Positions 57,950 through 64,000 of a stretch of 64,000 bases of DNA are shown piece after piece; the stretch's first letter is position 1, and the number at the start of each line of letters is the position of its first letter. The notes beneath the pieces were generated by a model, which did no database searches, was not told the DNA's origin, and was given only the letters and a program-made list of their open reading frames with translations. The position numbers were made by a program, and so were the translations under genes. Source of the stretch: Octopus vulgaris (Eukaryota). The stretch is from positions 52,452,001 through 52,516,000 of the forward strand of contig OX597818.1 in assembly GCA_951406725.2 (NCBI GenBank). The letters run 5' to 3'.

Positions 57950-58250
57950 ATTATTGTTTTTATATTTGTGTAACGTCCGTTTTTTCCGTCCTTGTTTTTG
58001 TATACATTTGCTGCTTTCTTCCAAAGAATCTAATGCTCTTAGCTTAGTTTTTCCTTGGGGCTGGCCAGATTGGAGCAATCTCAAGAATAATCAACCGAAA
58101 TTGCGAGGAAAATCTGGTGTCTGCCTGAGGAAAGAAAACTCCGAATCACCCGTCCTTGTTTCCTTTGTATCGTCTATCTGGATGTTTTGTTGTCCCTTTT
58201 TGTAACACCTAGTTGTCCGGATGCTTTTGCGTTCTTCTCCCATTTTGTAT
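57950..58250 (+). repeat. Dispersed ~300-bp repeat in microsatellite context (diverged relative at 61005-61295, -)
   Basis: Shared CTGA(G/T)GAA..GAAAAC..CGAAT..CCGTCCT.GTTT and TTTGTATCGTCTATCTG. Confidence 0.65.
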
Positions 58251-59521
58251 ATATATATATTACACATATTATTATTTAATTGAATGCCGCGCATCCGTTT
58301 CCAAGTTAGTTTATTTTAACATTTTTGATGCGACTCTACTCTATACTGTTTTCTCTCCCATCCTTCTCTAATTCCCCTTTCTCCCCTTCACCGTTTTCTC
58401 TCTCTTTCTTTCTCTCTCTCTGTCTCCTTTTCATTCTCTCGTTGCTCACTCATGACCATCGTCCACCTTTCTTTTCCTGCACGACGTTCTAAAGACTGGA
58501 ACTCCTCTCTTCTATCTTTTCTCTATTTCTTCCAGCTTTCACTATTTTACCCACCTTCTAGTCTAACGACCCTACATGTTTGCTTTCGTTCGGTTTCCGT
58601 TTATGTCTCCTGTTTTTGTTCCCAAGTTTGACCCTCCATAAAACCAAAATTTATTTTGGAAGTAATGGACCAAGTGTCTTCGAAGAATCATATTGTTGAA
58701 TGCTCGAAATGAGGAGTAGATAGACAGCCGGCAACTGATTAAAGGTCGTTCTTTGTGTTATTTGTCCTGTTTTCCATTTGCTTCTCTCGTTGTTTGCGCA
58801 TTGAACTCATTTGTTTTCATATTTCATGTTGTTTACTGTTGGTGACGTCCTGCACCCATACATGCTTATGTATGCATGCATAAATATATATATATGTATA
58901 TATATATATATATGTATATATATGTATGTATATATATATATATGTGTGTGTGTGTGTATGTGAATGATTAGAGGTGGCTTTTGGGGGGATAATTTTTTAT
59001 TCTAATGATAATGTTTCCGGTTATTCTAATGTGTTTTGACCCTTTCGATACCTGTTTTCAAATTGAAATTTTGTGTTTTAGAAGGTTTTTTGTGTAGCCA
59101 GAGATTTCCATGAAAATAAAAAGCAAAAATAGGAAATAAAAGACAGAAAAAAAAAAAATTTTTTTTAATAATAAAGAATATAAAAACTAATATAAAAAAT
59201 ATAAAAGTAATAAAAGAATACAAAAGGTAGATAAAACAGTATGTGTGAAAATAGTAGAAGAAAGGAAGAAAAAAAAGGTAAAAATGAAAAAAAATTAAGG
59301 AAAGAAAGGAAAGGAAAACGAGTGGAAGATAAAAAGATAAAACGTAGTTGAAAATGGTAGTGAGAAGAGATTAGAATCTCAAGAATAAAGAAATAGAATA
59401 TTTTGGGGGGGTGGTCATAACAATTTTGTTGAGTTCGTGTCAAAAGATTACCTTTGTGAATTTTGTGATTTGAGGTCATTTTATTTATGTTTCACAGTGT
59501 GTATCGTGTGCTCTTATTTGG

Positions 59522-59572
<51 letters not shown>

Positions 59573-59855
59573 AACACACACACACACACACACGAACACA
59601 CACATGCATATATACATACATACACGTACTCCTACATCTATACACACACAAATACACACACTCATCCATACACGCCTACACACCCACACACCTGCACACA
59701 TTTGCACACCTGCGTCTACGTACACAGATATACACGTATACATTAGCACATACACCCCACACAGGCACATATATATTCACATGCATACACGTCTCCATGT
59801 CTAAATATATACATAAATATCCATGGGAACACATACATATATATATTCACACACA

Positions 59856-59895
<40 letters not shown>

Positions 59896-60207
59896 CACAT
59901 GCATATATATACACACACATATATATACATAGACACATATATATACATATATGTACACACACACACACATATATATATACATACACTCACACATATACAC
60001 ACTTATATATACGCATGTACACATGCCTATGTGTTCACACATACACACATAAGAGTGTACATCCATACAAACATATATCCCTATATTTTTATGTAAATAT
60101 ACATACATACCTGGACACACTTTTATGCATATATACACACGGCCATAGATATTTCTAAACATATATGCACATGCATACATAAAATAGTACAAAAAGGAGT
60201 GTATACT

Positions 60208-60495
60208 GTTGTTGTTTGTTTGTTCCTTCTCCAGCCACGCCTGGTTCATAGGGCTGGTTTCCCGGTTTCCTTGGCGTATAGGTTCCCCACCTGGACGGGA
60301 CGCCGGTTCGTCGCAGGTGAGCTGCAAGATGCAGGAAGAAAGAGTGAGAGAAAGTTGTGGCGAAAGAGTCAGCAGAAGTTCACCATTACCTTCTGCCGGA
60401 GCCGCACACATCGCCCAATCTGAGATTCGAACACGCGAGCCCTCGACCTCGAGTCCACTGCTCTAACCACTAGGCCATGTGCCTCCACAACCGGG
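60208..60495 (-). mobile_element. SINE group C variant, tail type 3
   Basis: Matches 36204-36507; TSD GGAGTGTATACT at 60196-60207 and 60496-60507. Confidence 0.9.
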
Positions 60496-60925
60496 GGAGT
60501 GTATACTCATATCAGGTGGATATAAATGTCATCAAAAAACAGGATTAGATCTCTTACTCTCAAGGGTCTCAGATGAATTTAGCTTCACAGCAAGAAGTGA
60601 AAGAGAAAGCAGCGGTGTCAGATTCTCTCAAACATCGAATGTCAAGTTCTAAAAAACTTATTTGGCAAAGTAAAAAATGTGTATGTCGTAAAATGAAATG
60701 GTGTTGCCCCAGCATGGTCACAGTTTAGTGAGCTGAAACTAGTTCGATTCAATTCAATTCAAATATACTTTTCTTTATTCAGGCAGTGTTTGGTTGGTGT
60801 CTTTCTGTGGATTGCTGAGATGGTAGTTCTGGTGGTTGTGGTATTATTTTTTGGTCAGTTTTGGCTGATATTTTCGAATAAATTAGAATATTTTATTCGA
60901 AAATATCTTATTTTATTCGAACACA

Positions 60926-60992
<67 letters not shown>

Positions 60993-61430
60993 GTGTGTGT
61001 ATAAATCCCCAAAATGGAACAAGAACGTAACGGACAACAATAAAAACATACGGACAGATAGACGATACAAAGACAGACAGGAAAACCAGGACGGGCATTC
61101 GTGGTTTTCTATTCATCAGTCAAGTTTCCAACCATCATTACAGTTTCCGCCTGTTACACTTGAGACTGTTAAAATTGCTAGGCCTCAAAATTTTAAACTA
61201 AAGGCAGTAAATGTTTGGAAGAACGCGAGCAAATACGTGCAACAATACGGACAAAAGAACCCCCAGAAAACGGAGAAAATGCTACACGATTACAAATACA
61301 TAAATTTCAACAAGTGTGTGTATACACATACTTATATATACATGCATACGTACGTACATACATACGTACGTACATACATACATACGTACATACATACGTA
61401 CATACATACGTACATACGTATCAGCATGAA

Positions 61431-61491
<61 letters not shown>

Positions 61492-61808
61492 AGCTTCCGT
61501 GCAGTTTCCGTCTAACAAATTTAGTGACAAGGCAATGCTATAGTAGTAAGCACACACCCAAGGTGCCACCCAGTAGGAAGCGAAAACTGTGTGATTACAA
61601 AGCAAGCTTCTTTACCGTAAACACATACATACACACTTACATACATATAAACACGTATTTTGATATTAATATACGCACGTGTGTGGGTATGTATCCAGAT
61701 ATGTATATGTATGTATGCATGTATGTATGTGTATGTACGTGTATATATATATATATAGATATATATATATATATGTATATATGTATATATGTGTATATAT
61801 ACATATAT

Positions 61809-61935
<127 letters not shown>

Positions 61936-62405
61936 GATATATTTATATATATATATAATATATCATATATATATATATACGTTTCTATATGTGCGTCATT
62001 TGATCTCATCGTATCTAAAAACTGACATAAACTTGACATAAACTACATCGAGAACCAGTTGAGATAACCATTTAAATAACAAACAAAGTTTTATATTCTC
62101 TTTGTGTTTGATTTCATGATAGAATTGTATAATCTAAAATATCAAATATATCACAATACTTCTGGGCATTGACACAATTACATGACACAGTGTTATTGTG
62201 TCTGTCGATATCAGTATCGACGTATAAATCTTCTAAACGCTAGGCATGAATTCAGACAAACACGAGCTGGTAGAGTGCTAAACAGGGGTATAATAAGCGT
62301 ATATAAAACAGGGAGCCACACGGCCCATGAAGGTATATATATGATTTTTGAGGGCTCAGGCAACAAAATAGTAAATTGGGGGATCTATAAGAGTATTTTA
62401 AGGGC

Positions 62406-62601
62406 TTTACTCTTTTACTTGTTTCAGTCATTTGACTGCAGCCATGCTGGAGCACCGCCTTTAGTCGAGCAAATCGACTCCAGGACTTATTCTTTGTAAG
62501 CCTAGTGCTTATTCTATCGGTTCTCTTTTGCCGAACCGCTAAGTTACGGGGACGTAAACACATCAGCATCGGTTGTCAAGCGATGTTGGGGGACAAACGG
62601 A

Positions 62602-62673
<72 letters not shown>

Positions 62674-62831
62674 GCTTCTTTCAGTTTCCAGCTAAAAAAT
62701 CCACGTACAAGGCTTTAGTCGGCCCGAGGCTATAGTAGAAGACACTTGCTGAAAGTGCCACACAGTGGGACTGAACCCGGAGCAATGTGGTTGGTTAGCA
62801 AGCTACTTACCACACAGCCACTCCTGCGCCT
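62406..62831 (-). mobile_element. SINE group B, full length
   Basis: Head AGGCGCAGGAGTGGCTGTGTGG at 62831 to tail at 62406. Confidence 0.93.
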
Positions 62832-62881
62832 AGAAATATGGAACACTTCACGAATTTGCGTGTCATCCTTGCGCAGAGGCC

Positions 62882-62914
<33 letters not shown>

Positions 62915-62928
62915 AATATGTACCGCCG
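62832..62928 (-). pseudogene. U6: U6 snRNA copy, lacking ~10 nt at the 5' end, fused to a SINE
   Basis: Minus strand CGGCGGTACATATTCTAAAATTGGAACGATACAGAGAAGATTAGCATGGCCTCTGCGCAAGGATGACACGCAAATTCGTGAAGTGTTCCATATTT; ACAGAGA box and AGC triad present. Confidence 0.95.
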
Positions 62929-63168
62929 TTGCTGCTGAAAATTTTGCATTAAATGTATGTATTGATATGTATTGCAAGAAACATCTAGGTTTCTTTCTCT
63001 AGCATTTTACATAGTTGAACTTACACAAATCAATGCGTGAAAACATTAATGAATAACACTCTATAAAACTAGCTTTAAAACGTCGCCGACTTCTCGACCA
63101 CTCGACTTCCTACGTCACAGTATTTGTAATGACTAACACATACCACACATCACATTTTAGGGGTGTTC

Positions 63169-63233
<65 letters not shown>

Positions 63234-63280
63234 GTGTTGTTGTTGTTGTTGTTGTTGTTATTATTATTATCCCCATGACA

Positions 63281-63327
63281 GATAGTGACTTCGAAGTTTC
63301 GACCAGCTAAGCTATCGTCGGACTGCG
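63281..63327 (-). ncRNA. Degenerate type I hammerhead ribozyme
   Basis: GCAGT-CCGACGA-TAGC-tta-GCTG-gtc-GAAAC-TTCGAA-GTC-ACT; core CUGA changed to CCGA; palindromic stem III; next to (TAA)n. Confidence 0.5.
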
Positions 63328-64000
63328 ATACATTGACACTTCGAAGTCAGTGTCAACAATAGTCTTGTTTAAGAATAATAAAATTATACTCTACGAAACT
63401 ATCGAGTAAGCCATCAGATTAATGCAAAATTGTTTTTTATTATAACTGAACATAAAAAAAACAAACATTTATGTGTGTGTGTGTGTGTGTGTGTGTTGTG
63501 CTTTTGAATACAGCGCATTCGTAAAAGTTATTATCTCAAGTCGAATGCCGTATAAAATTTGCCTTTCGTGGTGCAAAGCCTTTATGTATGATACACAGAT
63601 AGCTATAGGATTGTTTTGTAGCACACGGAATGAAAGGAACGAACTCTGCTTATACATCAGTATAACAATCGGACTAGTTGCTATAGAAATGCGTCATATA
63701 TGCAAATCACTTTATCCGTTTTAATGAAGACCTTAAATAATAGTGTTGATAAATACAATACTACTGTGGACAGTTTATGATGTTATGCTTGATACTAATT
63801 CAGCTGAAATTTAAAATGCTCCACCTGATCCATGTATTACATCCACGGGGAGATTGTGCTAAAAGAAATCTAGTCTTTTACGACTGTCTAGCTTATTTAA
63901 TTCATTTTGATTAATTTACACTTGTTTTTTGGGCTTAAATCGATAGACTCATTTTGTAGATCATAACATCAAAAACAAGCACAGCGAATGCATCAGTAAA

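Noticed and set aside
62832-63000. Functional U6 gene
   Set aside because: 5' stem-loop incomplete, internal substitutions, no intact T-run terminator and no convincing upstream TATA

Overview
AT-rich, microsatellite-saturated eukaryotic DNA. The SINE repertoire and composition look like an octopod cephalopod genome, which is an inference from pattern recognition only. I cannot support any host protein-coding gene; almost all listed ORFs are microsatellite read-throughs. The window is a nested mosaic of three tRNA-derived SINE groups, truncated LINEs (CR1-group, RTE, R4/Dong-type RLE elements in (TAA)n), non-autonomous Helitrons, and Tc1/mariner/pogo remnants. The less ordinary signals are: (1) four intact-looking type I hammerhead ribozymes plus one degenerate one, in short non-coding elements embedded in microsatellites, with related elements carrying ~100-bp fold-back inversions (Penelope-like/retrozyme-like system); (2) a U6 snRNA copy fused directly to the 5' end of a full-length SINE; (3) an octamer-containing promoter-like/first-exon-like module present three times, twice as a ~600-bp inverted duplication; (4) a pile-up of Dong-type elements in one TAA tract; (5) an RTE flanked by a ~65-bp direct duplication; (6) SINE multimers with an invariant internal junction.
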